Below are positions 7,078-16,603 of a stretch of DNA of 48,368 nt, piece by piece. Source of the DNA: Minisyncoccota bacterium. GTDB lineage: Bacteria > Patescibacteriota > Minisyncoccia > Phycocordibacterales > UBA9973. A program made the position numbers and the translations under genes. Where the stretch lies: contig JAGOOX010000001.1 in the NCBI GenBank assembly GCA_017992305.1, positions 1-48,368 on the forward strand, given 5' to 3'. Numbering within the stretch: the stretch's first letter is position 1; every line of letters begins with the position of its first letter. Under the pieces are notes generated by a model that searched no databases, was not told the DNA's origin, and saw only the letters and a program-made list of their open reading frames with translations.

Positions 7078-10000
7078 CTAAAGCGCCTTTACTGCTTCGA
7101 TTATAATACTTTTTTCATCGTTGCGCAATGTAACCTTGCCGGCCAGGCCAATTGGCTCGCCTTTTTCGATAGCTGGGAAGAACTCTTTGAAGTTTTTAGG
7201 GAACACAACGGCCTCGATTGAACCTGTTTTGTCTTCAAGTTTTACAAAAGCCATTTGTTCGTTGTTTTTAGTAAAGATTTTGCGATAACCTATAGGTAAT
7301 ACAACTAACTTTATGACTGTATTTTTTTTAGTACTATCAATAATTTCTTTGATAGTTAGGCTTGATTTGCCGTCATATTTATCTAGTGGGTGACCCGAAA
7401 TGTATAAACCTAGCAACTCTTTCTCCCAGTCTAGTTTTTGTTTTTGGGTTGCAGGTTCGCACACCTCTAGTTGCATAGCACGAGACTCTAGGCCTAATGA
7501 AAATAGTGATGTTTGTTCGGTATTGGCCCCAATTGATTTACGATGCTCAAGTATTTTTTCAAGGCTTTGCATTAATTGGTTGCGTTCGCCAAAATCATCA
7601 AGCGCGCCTGATTGTATCAATGCCTCCATTGATTTTTTATTTAAATTTTTGTGTTGTATGCGCTCGATAAAATTATCAATAGTGGTAAATTTACCATTTG
7701 TTTTACGTTCGTTAATTATGGCTTTGCCAATTTCGTAGCCAAAGTTTTTAATACTTTTTAAACCAAAGCGAATTTTGTCGGTCACGACGCCGTCTTCAAC
7801 CACCGTGGTAAAGTCTGAGAATGATTCATTGACTGATGGGGGTAGTATTTTAAAGCCCATACGTTTAGCCTCGACAATCATTTCAGTTACTGTGTCTAGG
7901 TTGTCAGATTCGCAAGTCAGTACAGCCGTCATGTATTCAGACGGGTAGTGAGCCTTCATGTACGCTGTGCGATATGCGAGCAGTGCATACACGGCCGAGT
8001 GAGATTTGTTAAAACCATAGGCGGCAAATGTTTCGATCATGTCCCATAGTTCCTTGGCGGCGCGTGGGTGCATATCATTTTCAATACAGCCATCAATAAA
8101 GTGGTCTTTTTGTTTGGCCATTTCTTCGGGAATCTTTTTACCTACTGCTTTACGAAACTTGTCAGATTCACCACGTGTATAGCCGGCCAGGTCGGTGGCC
8201 ATTCTCATCACATCTTCTTGGTACACGATAATACCATATGTCGTTTTTAAAATTGGCTCCATGCGAGGGTCTAGGTATTTAATTTTGCTTGGGTTGTGTT
8301 TACGTTCAATATAGTCAGGTATAAAAGCCATCGGGCCTGGTCGGTAAAGTGATGCCATGGCGATTAGGTCTTCAAGTGTCGAAGGCTTTAGTTCTTTTAA
8401 CCATTTTTGCATACCACTAGAGCCGAATTGAAAAACGCTCATTGTTTCGCCACGGCCAAACAATTCGTAGGTTAGTTTGTCATCCATTGGTATATCTTCA
8501 AGTTTGATTTCAATATTGCGAATTTTTTTAACCCGTTCAATTGCCTCGGCAATAATTGAAAGGTTGCGCAAACCCAAGAAGTCGAATTTAGGTAAATTAA
8601 TAATACCTTCGCGGTCGCCCGTGTACATACTGTATTGGGTTATAACCTTAGTTTCGCCTTTGGGGTCAAACTGTACTGGTGAGAAGTCATCGATACGACC
8701 AGTGGGTGATATAACAACGCCGGCGGCATGCACCGAAATGTGGCGCACGTTACCTTCGATTTTTTTAGCCATGTCAATAATTGTTTTGACATCGCGTTCT
8801 GTTTCATATGCTTCGGCCAGTTCAGGGGTTAATTCAAGTGCGCGTTTAATTGTCATAGGGAAGCCTTGTGAGCCCATAGGTACTAATTTTGAAATACGGT
8901 CACCGGTTGAATACGGGTAACCCAATGCACGCGCCACGTCTTTGACCGAACCACGGGCCGCCATAGTACCAAATGTACCAATTTGGGCCACTGCATCAGC
9001 CCCATATTTACCTCGGGCATAGTCAATAATTTCATCGCGTCTAGTGTCGGCAAAGTCCATGTCGATATCGGGCAATGATGGCCGGTCAGGGTTTAGAAAA
9101 CGCTCAAAGAGTAGGCCGTACTTCATTGGGTTAATGTTTGAAATACCAATTAAATATGAAACCATTGAACCAGCGGCCGATCCACGTGTTTGGTTAAATA
9201 TGCCCATGCGTGTTGCATTTTTCATAAAGTCAGACACACACAAAAAATATGATGAATAGCCTTTGTCTTGAATAACTTTTAATTCAAAATTTACACGTTC
9301 AACTATTTCAGGCGTTTTTTCAATTTTGCGATCAATGTAGCCTTGTTCAACTAATTGCAACAATTCGCTTTCAAATGTTGTGCCAGCAGGTATTGGGAAG
9401 GTGGGGAAGAACCATGAACTGGTGTCGATATCAATATCAACTAAATCGGCCACCATCATTGTGTTCTCTACTGCCCCTGGAACATCGCTAAATTCTTCGT
9501 AGGCTGTATTTTGGTCAATGAACGACCAGTTGCCATCCATTTTAAAATTATCACTGTTGGTGTTGATTTTAAGTAATGTGTCGTGGGCCTCGTTATCGTC
9601 GGCGCATAAATAGTGCGAATCCCAAGTACCAACCATGGGTATATTTAATTCCTCTGAAATCTTTTTAATTTCAGGGATGACTTGTTTGTACCATTCGTTG
9701 TAAAAATCAGTTTCTTTGTGGCACATGACCTCTAAAAAGACATCGTCAAAACATTCGGTATAAAACTTTATCAATTCGCGAGCCTCTTTGTAATTTTTAT
9801 TGCGAAGTAGTTGTATAAATTCACTGCCTGGGCAACCCGATAGGCAAATAATACCGGCACCATATTGTTTTAATAGGTCTTTGTCCATGCGGGGTTTGTA
9901 GTAAAAGCCCTCTAGGTTTGCCAGTGAAACCATTTTCATTAAATGTTTATAGCCCTCTAGATTTTTAGCTAGTAGTGTTAGGTGGTAGCGTTTTGTGTCA

Positions 10001-10281
10001 ACACCGGCCTCTTTGTCGAACCGTGTGCGGTTGGCAATGTATGCCTCGACTCCAATGATTGGTTTAATGTCGGCTTTTTTGCAGGCCTTATAAAATTCGA
10101 TTGCGCCATACATTGCACCGTGATCGGTTAGTGCCAGTGCTGGCATATTAAACTCTTTGGCCTTTTTAACCAAATCAGTTACCTTTGATAATCCATCAAG
10201 TAGGGAATAATGCGAATGCACATGCAAATGCACGAAATTTTTAGCATCACCTGTATTAGTCTGTGTCACTTTTTCATCCAT
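7078..10281 (-). CDS. dnaE: DNA polymerase III alpha subunit
   Basis: PHP motif [15 protein letters not shown], palm/fingers [18 protein letters not shown]. Start moved to ATG 10281 (MDEKV...); the ORF-track start 10299 is TTG. Confidence 0.95.
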   Translation of the reverse strand: MDEKVTQTNTGDAKNFVHLHVHSHYSLLDGLSKVTDLVKKAKEFNMPALALTDHGAMYGAIEFYKACKKADIKPIIGVEAYIANRTRFDKEAGVDTKRYHLTLLAKNLEGYKHLMKMVSLANLEGFYYKPRMDKDLLKQYGAGIICLSGCPGSEFIQLLRNKNYKEARELIKFYTECFDDVFLEVMCHKETDFYNEWYKQVIPEIKKISEELNIPMVGTWDSHYLCADDNEAHDTLLKINTNSDNFKMDGNWSFIDQNTAYEEFSDVPGAVENTMMVADLVDIDIDTSSWFFPTFPIPAGTTFESELLQLVEQGYIDRKIEKTPEIVERVNFELKVIQDKGYSSYFLCVSDFMKNATRMGIFNQTRGSAAGSMVSYLIGISNINPMKYGLLFERFLNPDRPSLPDIDMDFADTRRDEIIDYARGKYGADAVAQIGTFGTMAARGSVKDVARALGYPYSTGDRISKLVPMGSQGFPMTIKRALELTPELAEAYETERDVKTIIDMAKKIEGNVRHISVHAAGVVISPTGRIDDFSPVQFDPKGETKVITQYSMYTGDREGIINLPKFDFLGLRNLSIIAEAIERVKKIRNIEIKLEDIPMDDKLTYELFGRGETMSVFQFGSSGMQKWLKELKPSTLEDLIAMASLYRPGPMAFIPDYIERKHNPSKIKYLDPRMEPILKTTYGIIVYQEDVMRMATDLAGYTRGESDKFRKAVGKKIPEEMAKQKDHFIDGCIENDMHPRAAKELWDMIETFAAYGFNKSHSAVYALLAYRTAYMKAHYPSEYMTAVLTCESDNLDTVTEMIVEAKRMGFKILPPSVNESFSDFTTVVEDGVVTDKIRFGLKSIKNFGYEIGKAIINERKTNGKFTTIDNFIERIQHKNLNKKSMEALIQSGALDDFGERNQLMQSLEKILEHRKSIGANTEQTSLFSLGLESRAMQLEVCEPATQKQKLDWEKELLGLYISGHPLDKYDGKSSLTIKEIIDSTKKNTVIKLVVLPIGYRKIFTKNNEQMAFVKLEDKTGSIEAVVFPKNFKEFFPAIEKGEPIGLAGKVTLRNDEKSIIIEAVKAL

Positions 10282-10362
10282 GTTGGTTAAGTATACCAAG
10301 AGGGTGGCTTGTTTGACAAAGATTGCTTTTGTGATATTGTTTAGGTTGAAAAAGATCTTATT

Positions 10363-10794
10363 ATGAACAAAAAATTAAACAAATTTATCGAATTGGTACT
10401 TAAAAAAAGTGACCTTTTTGCATTAGGGGTTTTCTTGCCTGCAAGTATTGTGTTTATTATGGAAAGTATAAGAGTTAACCCTGCCATAGGTTATATTGCC
10501 TTTATTGTAGCTCTTTTTTTGTCAGCAATGGCATCTATGATTGTAAGATGTGTTTATGGCATTATGTCTAAAAATGTTTTTTATAGTTCTGGGGATTTAT
10601 TTTTCCCAATTATTATGTTTATTTTTAGCTCAGTTACTTCTTTGTATTATGTCAATCTATTGCATAGTAGTATTTTAATTTTTTTAATTATTAATTTAAT
10701 TACTGTTGCTGTACCTATACTAATTCCATATATTGCCCACAGGTTTTATGGTATTGAGTATAAACTAGAAGAGGTTAGTTGTGATTCAAAATAA
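10363..10794 (+). CDS. Integral membrane protein (4 predicted TM), unknown function
   Basis: ORF with four hydrophobic stretches. Terminator directly downstream. Confidence 0.55.
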   Translation: MNKKLNKFIELVLKKSDLFALGVFLPASIVFIMESIRVNPAIGYIAFIVALFLSAMASMIVRCVYGIMSKNVFYSSGDLFFPIIMFIFSSVTSLYYVNLLHSSILIFLIINLITVAVPILIPYIAHRFYGIEYKLEEVSCDSK

Positions 10795-10811
10795 TTTTTA
10801 GAAAAGCTGGG

Positions 10812-10837
10812 GCCGAACCGCAAGGTTCGGCTTTTTT
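10812..10837 (+). terminator. Rho-independent terminator
   Basis: GCCGAACC-gcaa-GGTTCGGC plus TTTTTT. Confidence 0.8.
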
Positions 10838-10838
10838 G

Positions 10839-10847
10839 TGTTAAAAT
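10839..10847 (+). promoter_or_regulatory. Extended -10 (TGtTAAAAT) 6 nt upstream of the rnhB ATG; leaderless geometry
   Basis: TG 10839-10840, TAAAAT 10842-10847, ATG 10854. Confidence 0.5.
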
Positions 10848-10853
10848 TGTTTA

Positions 10854-11486
10854 ATGGATATGTTTACTATTGGTATTGACGAAGTTGGGCGGGGGCCGTT
10901 GGCGGGGCCCGTGGCCGTTTGTGCTTTTGGTTTTTGTGTTAGGCAAGACCTAACGCAGGATTTTAATATATTTATTGAAAATGCAAAAACAGAGCATAAG
11001 CTAAAATTGAAGGATTCAAAAAAACTTTCGGCCAAGCAACGCGAAAAATGGTTAGAGGTTATTTTGGATTGGCAAAAGCAGGGTGTATGTGATTTTGCAA
11101 TTACATACGTTTCAAACGAAAATATTGATAAATTTGGTATTGCGCCATGTATTAAAAAAGCTTTGGCTGAGTCGTTAAAAAAAATGCTAGAGCAAAATAA
11201 AATACAGCCTACTAACTGCAAAGTATTATTAGACGGGGGGTTAAAGGCGCCCGATGAATACATAAACCAAGAAACTTTTATAAAAGGCGACGAAGACTAC
11301 CCGCAAATTTCATTTGCATCAATTGTAGCCAAAGTCTCGCGCGACAAAATCATGGCAGATTACGCCAAAAAATACCCCCAATATGGGCTTGATACAAACA
11401 TGGGCTATGGCAGCGCCGCCCACATGCAGGCTCTTAAAACCCACGGCCTAACCCCAATCCACCGCAAAACCTTCACACATCTCTAA
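10854..11486 (+). CDS. rnhB: Ribonuclease HII
   Basis: N-terminal IGIDEVGRGPLAGPVAV; C-terminal region with the SKKLS motif and GYGSAAH. Confidence 0.9.
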   Translation: MDMFTIGIDEVGRGPLAGPVAVCAFGFCVRQDLTQDFNIFIENAKTEHKLKLKDSKKLSAKQREKWLEVILDWQKQGVCDFAITYVSNENIDKFGIAPCIKKALAESLKKMLEQNKIQPTNCKVLLDGGLKAPDEYINQETFIKGDEDYPQISFASIVAKVSRDKIMADYAKKYPQYGLDTNMGYGSAAHMQALKTHGLTPIHRKTFTHL

Positions 11487-11524
11487 AGTGCTAAAATACC
11501 CTTACGAAATAAGGGTATTTATAC

Positions 11525-11553
11525 TTGACTATTTCTATATAAGGTGATATAAT
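11525..11553 (+). promoter_or_regulatory. Promoter of cassette A (TTGACT-17 nt-TATAAT), inside a 60-nt repeat shared with 12258-12286
   Basis: TTGACT 11525-11530, TATAAT 11548-11553. Preceded by the perfect hairpin ATACCCTTA-cgaaa-TAAGGGTAT. Confidence 0.65.
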
Positions 11554-11625
11554 TTTAAGGAAGTCCATATTGGAGGCGGATTCTAGGAACGAACCTATTA
11601 CTGACCGAAGAGTGGCGTTAAAATT

Positions 11626-12165
11626 ATGCACATTTATTTAAGAAAAGACGAAGAATTAGAAAGTGTTATCACGCTTAAAAACACTGAAACAGTACCTCAA
11701 AAATTTTGTGGTCAAACCGTTTGGAACTATGACCTGGTTCCGTACATCGAAATCAATACCGATCTTGAAGCGTTAATGAAAAACGAAACACTTAGAAAAT
11801 TCTTCCTTAGGGCTACACTCATTACGTTTCCAGAGTATCAAAAGATTAATAATCCAAAAAGGAACGGTTGGATTACTCGAGAGTTTGGAGATTATAAATT
11901 GGGTAATGCGACTGCTCAACTTGCACCTGCCAAGTCGGCTGAAACAACTTATTTGCTAAAAGTTGAAACTGATTCATGGCAAGGACTCGTTGATATGGAA
12001 AAATTGCAAAAAAGATTATGGGCCGGTACGATTGCTCCTGTTATTTCTTACGAAAGACAACAGGATAAGCAACACCCACTTACTGTCTTGAAAGAAATTT
12101 TAGGACTGCACAAGTTAAGTGCTTTAAAAAGATTTATTCTTGCAATGAGGTTAACCCGGGCATAA
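11626..12165 (+). CDS. Hypothetical protein, cassette A (179 aa)
   Basis: ORF between the duplicated promoter and terminator. ~72-nt leader. C-terminal tail LHKLSALKRFILAMRLTRA. Confidence 0.6.
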   Translation: MHIYLRKDEELESVITLKNTETVPQKFCGQTVWNYDLVPYIEINTDLEALMKNETLRKFFLRATLITFPEYQKINNPKRNGWITREFGDYKLGNATAQLAPAKSAETTYLLKVETDSWQGLVDMEKLQKRLWAGTIAPVISYERQQDKQHPLTVLKEILGLHKLSALKRFILAMRLTRA

Positions 12166-12184
12166 AGCCTACTTAAGATAATTT

Positions 12185-12216
12185 AAAACCGCTGAAATTA
12201 AGTAAGCGGTTTTTTT
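12185..12216 (+). terminator. Terminator T1 (identical to 12929-12960)
   Basis: AAAACCGCT-gaaattaagta-AGCGGTTTTTTT. Confidence 0.8.
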
Positions 12217-12257
12217 ATTTTTAGCAAAATTACCTTACAAAATAAGGGTATTTATAC

Positions 12258-12286
12258 TTGACAATTTCTATATAAGGTGCTATAAT
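12258..12286 (+). promoter_or_regulatory. Promoter of cassette B (TTGACA-17 nt-TATAAT, TGc extended -10)
   Basis: TTGACA 12258-12263, TATAAT 12281-12286. The 60-nt context is near-identical to 11493-11553. Confidence 0.65.
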
Positions 12287-12366
12287 TACATAGTAAGTTA
12301 TTTTCAAACAGTGACCTAGTAAGCAATGCTGTCGCAAAGTAAATTAGGTACATAAAAAACAAAAAA

Positions 12367-12906
12367 ATGAAACAGGAAACACCTAAAGCAAGTTTGAAGT
12401 TTTTCATTCCCAGTGGGATTGTTGACTCAAGAGAATTTAAAGAAAAAAAGGGTACCTATCATGGCGGTTGTGGCGAATGGTCACCAACAGGAGCCGGATT
12501 TATTCAGTACTCTCATGAATTTTTACACCTACAGCCATCATCCTTTATTTCAGACGATCTCTTACGGTATTTAAATGAAAATGCAACAAGAGTCGTTTTG
12601 CAAATACCGGCGGTACCAAACGAAAAAGTTATTAAAGGTTTAAGGCCTAAAGATAGCACTATTCAAGCAAACCAGGAGAAAGAATTTTCTATTCAGTTAG
12701 GTAAAAGAAGAATCTCAGGTATGAATTGTCAAATACAAAGTTCCTCGTTTGATCTTATCTTTGAAGGTAAATCTTCAAAAGATGTTTTTGAGACATTTCA
12801 CAGTTTTGCACCAGGCTATTTTCCTCAATCTTCTTTTATTCCAATTACTCATTTTTTGAGTGGAATGAATTTTTTTAGAAGGTTGCGTTTAGTTTTTGGT
12901 AAATAA
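12367..12906 (+). CDS. Hypothetical protein, cassette B (179 aa)
   Basis: Same length as cassette A with the same flanks. C-terminal tail THFLSGMNFFRRLRLVFGK aligns with the cassette A tail (H-x-L-S-x4-F). Confidence 0.6.
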   Translation: MKQETPKASLKFFIPSGIVDSREFKEKKGTYHGGCGEWSPTGAGFIQYSHEFLHLQPSSFISDDLLRYLNENATRVVLQIPAVPNEKVIKGLRPKDSTIQANQEKEFSIQLGKRRISGMNCQIQSSSFDLIFEGKSSKDVFETFHSFAPGYFPQSSFIPITHFLSGMNFFRRLRLVFGK

Positions 12907-12928
12907 GCACAAAACAAAATTTTTATCA

Positions 12929-12960
12929 AAACCGCTGAAATTAAGTAAGCGGTTTTTTTA
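12929..12960 (+). terminator. Terminator T2 (identical to T1; bidirectional, also downstream of fmt)
   Basis: Same 32-nt sequence as 12185-12216. Confidence 0.8.
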
Positions 12961-12976
12961 TTTCTAGATAATTTTT

Positions 12977-13834
12977 TTAGTGCAAATAATTTTTTTGAAA
13001 TTCAGTAAATGAAATTGGTTTTTTGCCTTCGGGGGTTACTGTTGTGGGGGTGAAGGTTTCGTTAATGAATTCAGCTTCATTGATTTTTACATGCATAGGA
13101 ATGCCCGCGTGTTCGATTTCAAAATAAAGCCCTGGCCATGGGTAATGGGCGCGCCACTTGGCCCACAATGTTTTTGCATCGTCAGTTAGACTTATTTTAG
13201 CGTCTAGTTTTTTAGTTTTGTGTGTAAATGTGGCCAGGTCATGTTTTTGGTCAATTGAATTTGTTTCGCCCGCTAACCATTTAGGTATAACATCGGCTAA
13301 CATTTCGCCACCAACTTTAAATAAATTTATTGCCATATCGTGGGCAAATTCATTGCCACCTAGGTGCACCAAGTGTTGGGCTAGTATTGGCCCATGGTCA
13401 ACCATAGGGTCTAGTAATATTATAGTTACACCAGTTTTGTCATCACCATTTAGTATAGGGCCAATTTCGGGCGCAGGGCCACGGTATAATGGCAATAGTG
13501 ATGGGTGCACATTTAAAAATCCGTATGGTACCGCATCTAACAAATTAGCCGGCAAGATTTTGCCATAGGCGGCCACAACTGCATATTGTGGTTCGTATTT
13601 TAAAATTTCATCGATGGCTGACTGGTCAATTTTGGCGGGTTGCAATACGGGTATATTGTTTGCTATGGCAAAGTCTTTGGCTGGTGGGGCAGTTAGTATT
13701 TGTTTGCGGCCAACACGCGCATCGGGCGAACAAACAATTAGTCTTGGCAAAAAACCAGAATTTTTCAATGACTCTAATGCATGTACCGCGTATTCAGGTG
13801 TGCCAAAAAATACAAATTTATTATTTTCGCTCAT
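12977..13834 (-). CDS. fmt: Methionyl-tRNA formyltransferase (short, 285 aa)
   Basis: FFGTPEYAV N-terminus, LNVHPSLLPLYRGPAP motif. Immediately downstream of def. Confidence 0.9.
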   Translation of the reverse strand: MSENNKFVFFGTPEYAVHALESLKNSGFLPRLIVCSPDARVGRKQILTAPPAKDFAIANNIPVLQPAKIDQSAIDEILKYEPQYAVVAAYGKILPANLLDAVPYGFLNVHPSLLPLYRGPAPEIGPILNGDDKTGVTIILLDPMVDHGPILAQHLVHLGGNEFAHDMAINLFKVGGEMLADVIPKWLAGETNSIDQKHDLATFTHKTKKLDAKISLTDDAKTLWAKWRAHYPWPGLYFEIEHAGIPMHVKINEAEFINETFTPTTVTPEGKKPISFTEFQKNYLH

Positions 13835-14440
13835 TTATTTTGTCTCTAGTTCTTCGGGTAAAATCTCTTCGACGTCGATGGCTTTATCAATAAATAAAAC
13901 TCCGTTTAGGTGGTCAATTTCATGTTGAAAAATGTGGGCCAATAATCCACCCGCACCACGTACATGTAATTTGGCTGTATGGTCATGGTATTTAATGGTT
14001 ACGTTTGTGTGGCGTTTAACCTTGCCGTATAACCATCGTACTGATAGGCAACCTTCGCCTTCTTTTAAAACTAATTTTTTTGAAGCCTTTATAATTTCAG
14101 GGTTTATGTAAACTTGGTTTGGGGTAGGGGTTTTTGGTGGGTTTTTTTCATCATCAAATACTTTGCCCGACACCATAAATACACGTAGGTTTATACCTAT
14201 TTGCGGTGCGGCAATAGCTACGCCATCACTTTGTGAATCAAGTGATGCTGACATATCGGCAAGCATTGATTTAAATTTTGGACTAGTTATATCAGCTAGC
14301 TTTACGTCTTTACTGATTTTACGCAGTCGGGCGTCGCCATTGGTAATTATTTTATCTACCACTTTTTTAGCAGAGGTTTTAGCTAGGCCAACCGATTTTT
14401 TTATAGTTTTTTTAGCAATGTTTTTATCCATACGGATCAC
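13835..14440 (-). CDS. def: Peptide deformylase with a Lys-rich N-terminal extension
   Basis: Motifs GVAIAAPQIG, EGCLS, HEIDHLNG. GTG start at 14440 overlaps the hisS stop by 1 nt; alternative ATG at 14431. Confidence 0.9.
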   Translation of the reverse strand: MIRMDKNIAKKTIKKSVGLAKTSAKKVVDKIITNGDARLRKISKDVKLADITSPKFKSMLADMSASLDSQSDGVAIAAPQIGINLRVFMVSGKVFDDEKNPPKTPTPNQVYINPEIIKASKKLVLKEGEGCLSVRWLYGKVKRHTNVTIKYHDHTAKLHVRGAGGLLAHIFQHEIDHLNGVLFIDKAIDVEEILPEELETK

Positions 14441-15750
14441 TATTTAAGCTTTTTAAGGTATTCAGCTAGGGCGCTTAGTTTAATAGTTTCTTGTTTACGA
14501 TTGTGCATGTCGCGTACAATAACAGTGCTGTCGATGGCTTCTTTGTGGCCAAAAATTAGAGCATAGGGTACACCTGATTTTTCGGCAATGGCTAGTTGTG
14601 TGCCCAGTGTGTCTTTTGAAATTGATTGCATTATTGGAATATGAGCCAAGCGTAATTGTTCAACAACGTTCAAACTTTTTAATTTAGCTTCAAGGCCAAG
14701 TTGAATAAAGTAAACTTTTGGTTTTTTCATTATACGAGGTTCAAGCTTTTTGTACCAAGATGATTCAATAACACGGTCTACACCAAAAGCCATACCCATA
14801 GCAGGTAGTTCTTTTTTAGCGCCTAGTGTTTTGGCTAAATAGTCGTAACGTCCTCCACCACCTAGTGTTAGTGGGGCTTCGGTGCCATCGCCCATTTCAA
14901 TAATTTCAAAAACGGTGTGGGTGTAATATGACAAACCGCGTACCAGGTTTTTGTTAATGCGGTATGAAATATTCATTTCATCTAAATATTCTAGTACTTG
15001 TTTAAAGTGTTTTTTGCCACTTGCTGACAGGCTTGCCACTGAATCAGGCGCACCTTCGTTGATTTTAATTGTTTTAGGGTCTTTTGAATCAAGTATACGC
15101 AACGGGTTTGTTTTCAAACGTTCGCGATCAATAGGTGGAAGGTCAGATAGGTGTTTTTTGTAGTAATTGGTTAGTTCTTTAATATAACCCGGGCGAGATT
15201 CTTTGTCACCAATTGAGTTAATGTCTACGATTATTTCTTTGGCACCGGCTTCTTCTAGTATACAAACAGCAGTTTTAATAATTAGTGCGTCGGCAATGCT
15301 TTTTTCAGTACCAAGTATTTCTAAATTAAATTGTCGAATTTCGCGGTAGCGACCATTTTGTGGGTTATCGTGACGGTAAACTGGGCCATAACTATATAGC
15401 ATAACTGGTTGAGGCATTGATTGCATACCGTTTTCAAAATACGCACGCATGATTGATGCAGTGTATTCGGGTCGCAATGCTAATTTATCGCCACCTTTGG
15501 TTTTAAGGGTGTACATTTCTTTGTCGACGATGTCGGTGCCTTCACCTACACCACTGACCCACAAAGATTCTTGCTCCATTACAGGTGTTTCAATTGGTTT
15601 AAAACCATAGTACATGGCTATTTCTTGGGCCTTTTCAAAAAAACCTTGGTAGTGGTAATATTTTTCATTCAAAATGTCACGCATACCACGAACTGATTGG
15701 GCAATTTCCTTCTTAGGTTCTTTATTCTGATTTGTTTTTTTATCTGGCAT
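14440..15750 (-). CDS. hisS: Histidyl-tRNA synthetase
   Basis: Class II motifs: RGMRDIL, LRPEYTASIMR, YRHDNPQNGRYREIRQF, GGGGRYD. Confidence 0.95.
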   Translation of the reverse strand: MPDKKTNQNKEPKKEIAQSVRGMRDILNEKYYHYQGFFEKAQEIAMYYGFKPIETPVMEQESLWVSGVGEGTDIVDKEMYTLKTKGGDKLALRPEYTASIMRAYFENGMQSMPQPVMLYSYGPVYRHDNPQNGRYREIRQFNLEILGTEKSIADALIIKTAVCILEEAGAKEIIVDINSIGDKESRPGYIKELTNYYKKHLSDLPPIDRERLKTNPLRILDSKDPKTIKINEGAPDSVASLSASGKKHFKQVLEYLDEMNISYRINKNLVRGLSYYTHTVFEIIEMGDGTEAPLTLGGGGRYDYLAKTLGAKKELPAMGMAFGVDRVIESSWYKKLEPRIMKKPKVYFIQLGLEAKLKSLNVVEQLRLAHIPIMQSISKDTLGTQLAIAEKSGVPYALIFGHKEAIDSTVIVRDMHNRKQETIKLSALAEYLKKLK

Positions 15751-15764
15751 ATTTTTATAAAATA

Positions 15765-16358
15765 TTATTTATTAAGCAGGTCTGTTTCACCGGGTAGGTA
15801 ACTAATTCGGTTTAGGGGCCATAGGCGCAGGTATACTCGGCCGACTAGTTTCTTCTCATCAAGTAAGCCCCACGCGCGTGAATCATAACTAACCGGTCGG
15901 TTGTCACCTAGTACAAAAGCTTTTCCATCGGGTATGGTTATAGTTAAACTGTCGCCATCATGATTTTGTAAATAGGCTTCGTAAATTGTAAAGCCTTCTG
16001 GATGTTCTGTATTTTTTATTGTTATTTTACCGTCAGTTGTTAGGGTAATCGTATCGCCTGGCAAACCAATAAGCCTTTTAACCAAATACTTTTGATTTTC
16101 ATTAGGGAAGTGGAAAACAACAACATCGCCCCTATGAATTTTGTTTAAATTATAGGTTAATTTGTCGACAATTAGATATTCTTTGTCATGAAAAGTTGGG
16201 TCCATAGAAGTGCCCGATACAACAAAAGGTTGCATTATAAAATACCGAATAGGTATAACAATAATTGCTGCAATTATTAAAAACCTAAACAGTTCCTTGA
16301 TATCATCAACGTAATTGCCTTTTTTGCCATCAACTGATGGATTAATTTGTTCATTCAT
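15765..16358 (-). CDS. lepB: Signal peptidase I
   Basis: Motifs SGTSMDPTF, KRLIGLPGD, GDNRPVSYDSR. Start moved to ATG 16358 (MNEQINP...); the ORF-track extension to 16517 reads through the GC-rich repeat. Confidence 0.85.
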   Translation of the reverse strand: MNEQINPSVDGKKGNYVDDIKELFRFLIIAAIIVIPIRYFIMQPFVVSGTSMDPTFHDKEYLIVDKLTYNLNKIHRGDVVVFHFPNENQKYLVKRLIGLPGDTITLTTDGKITIKNTEHPEGFTIYEAYLQNHDGDSLTITIPDGKAFVLGDNRPVSYDSRAWGLLDEKKLVGRVYLRLWPLNRISYLPGETDLLNK

Positions 16359-16420
16359 CTGTGTTAGTATACACTTTTTTAAATATTGACACAAATAGGG
16401 TTTTTGTGTGGTAGGTGCGA

Positions 16421-16583
16421 GAAAAATAAAAATAGCTTCTTGCGCAAGGACCGCATATTTTCCTGAGCGAAAATTGCTCTGGCTCGGCTCGCCAGCCTGC
16501 GCGCGCCCTTGCCACAAGAACTATTTTTATTCCCCCCCCCTCCTTGTTGCCTTGGCCAATGGGGAGGGGGTTAGGGGGTGGGG
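16421..16583 (+). repeat. Copy 2 of the GC-rich structured repeat; ends in the canonical G-quadruplex motif GGGGAGGGGGTTAGGGGGTGGGG
   Basis: Homologous to 2771-2936. Hairpin 16536-16570. G4 motif 16561-16583. Lies in the lepB/pth divergent intergenic region. Confidence 0.7.
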
Positions 16584-16588
16584 TTTTG

Positions 16589-16597
16589 TGTTATAAT
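16589..16597 (+). promoter_or_regulatory. Extended -10 (TGtTATAAT) 6 nt upstream of the pth ATG; leaderless geometry
   Basis: TG 16589-16590, TATAAT 16592-16597, ATG 16604. Confidence 0.55.
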
Positions 16598-16603
16598 CTA
16601 TTC

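Noticed and set aside
13835-14440. Lys-rich ~27-aa N-terminal extension of peptide deformylase as a novel domain
   Set aside because: The start codon is uncertain (GTG 14440 versus ATG 14431) and the extension is low-complexity. It is interesting but not supportable from sequence alone.
16359-16603. ORF-track N-terminal extensions of lepB (to 16517) and pth (from 16544)
   Set aside because: Both extensions read through the repeat element in opposite directions. Conserved protein N-termini, internal ATGs (16358 and 16604) and promoter geometry support the shorter genes.
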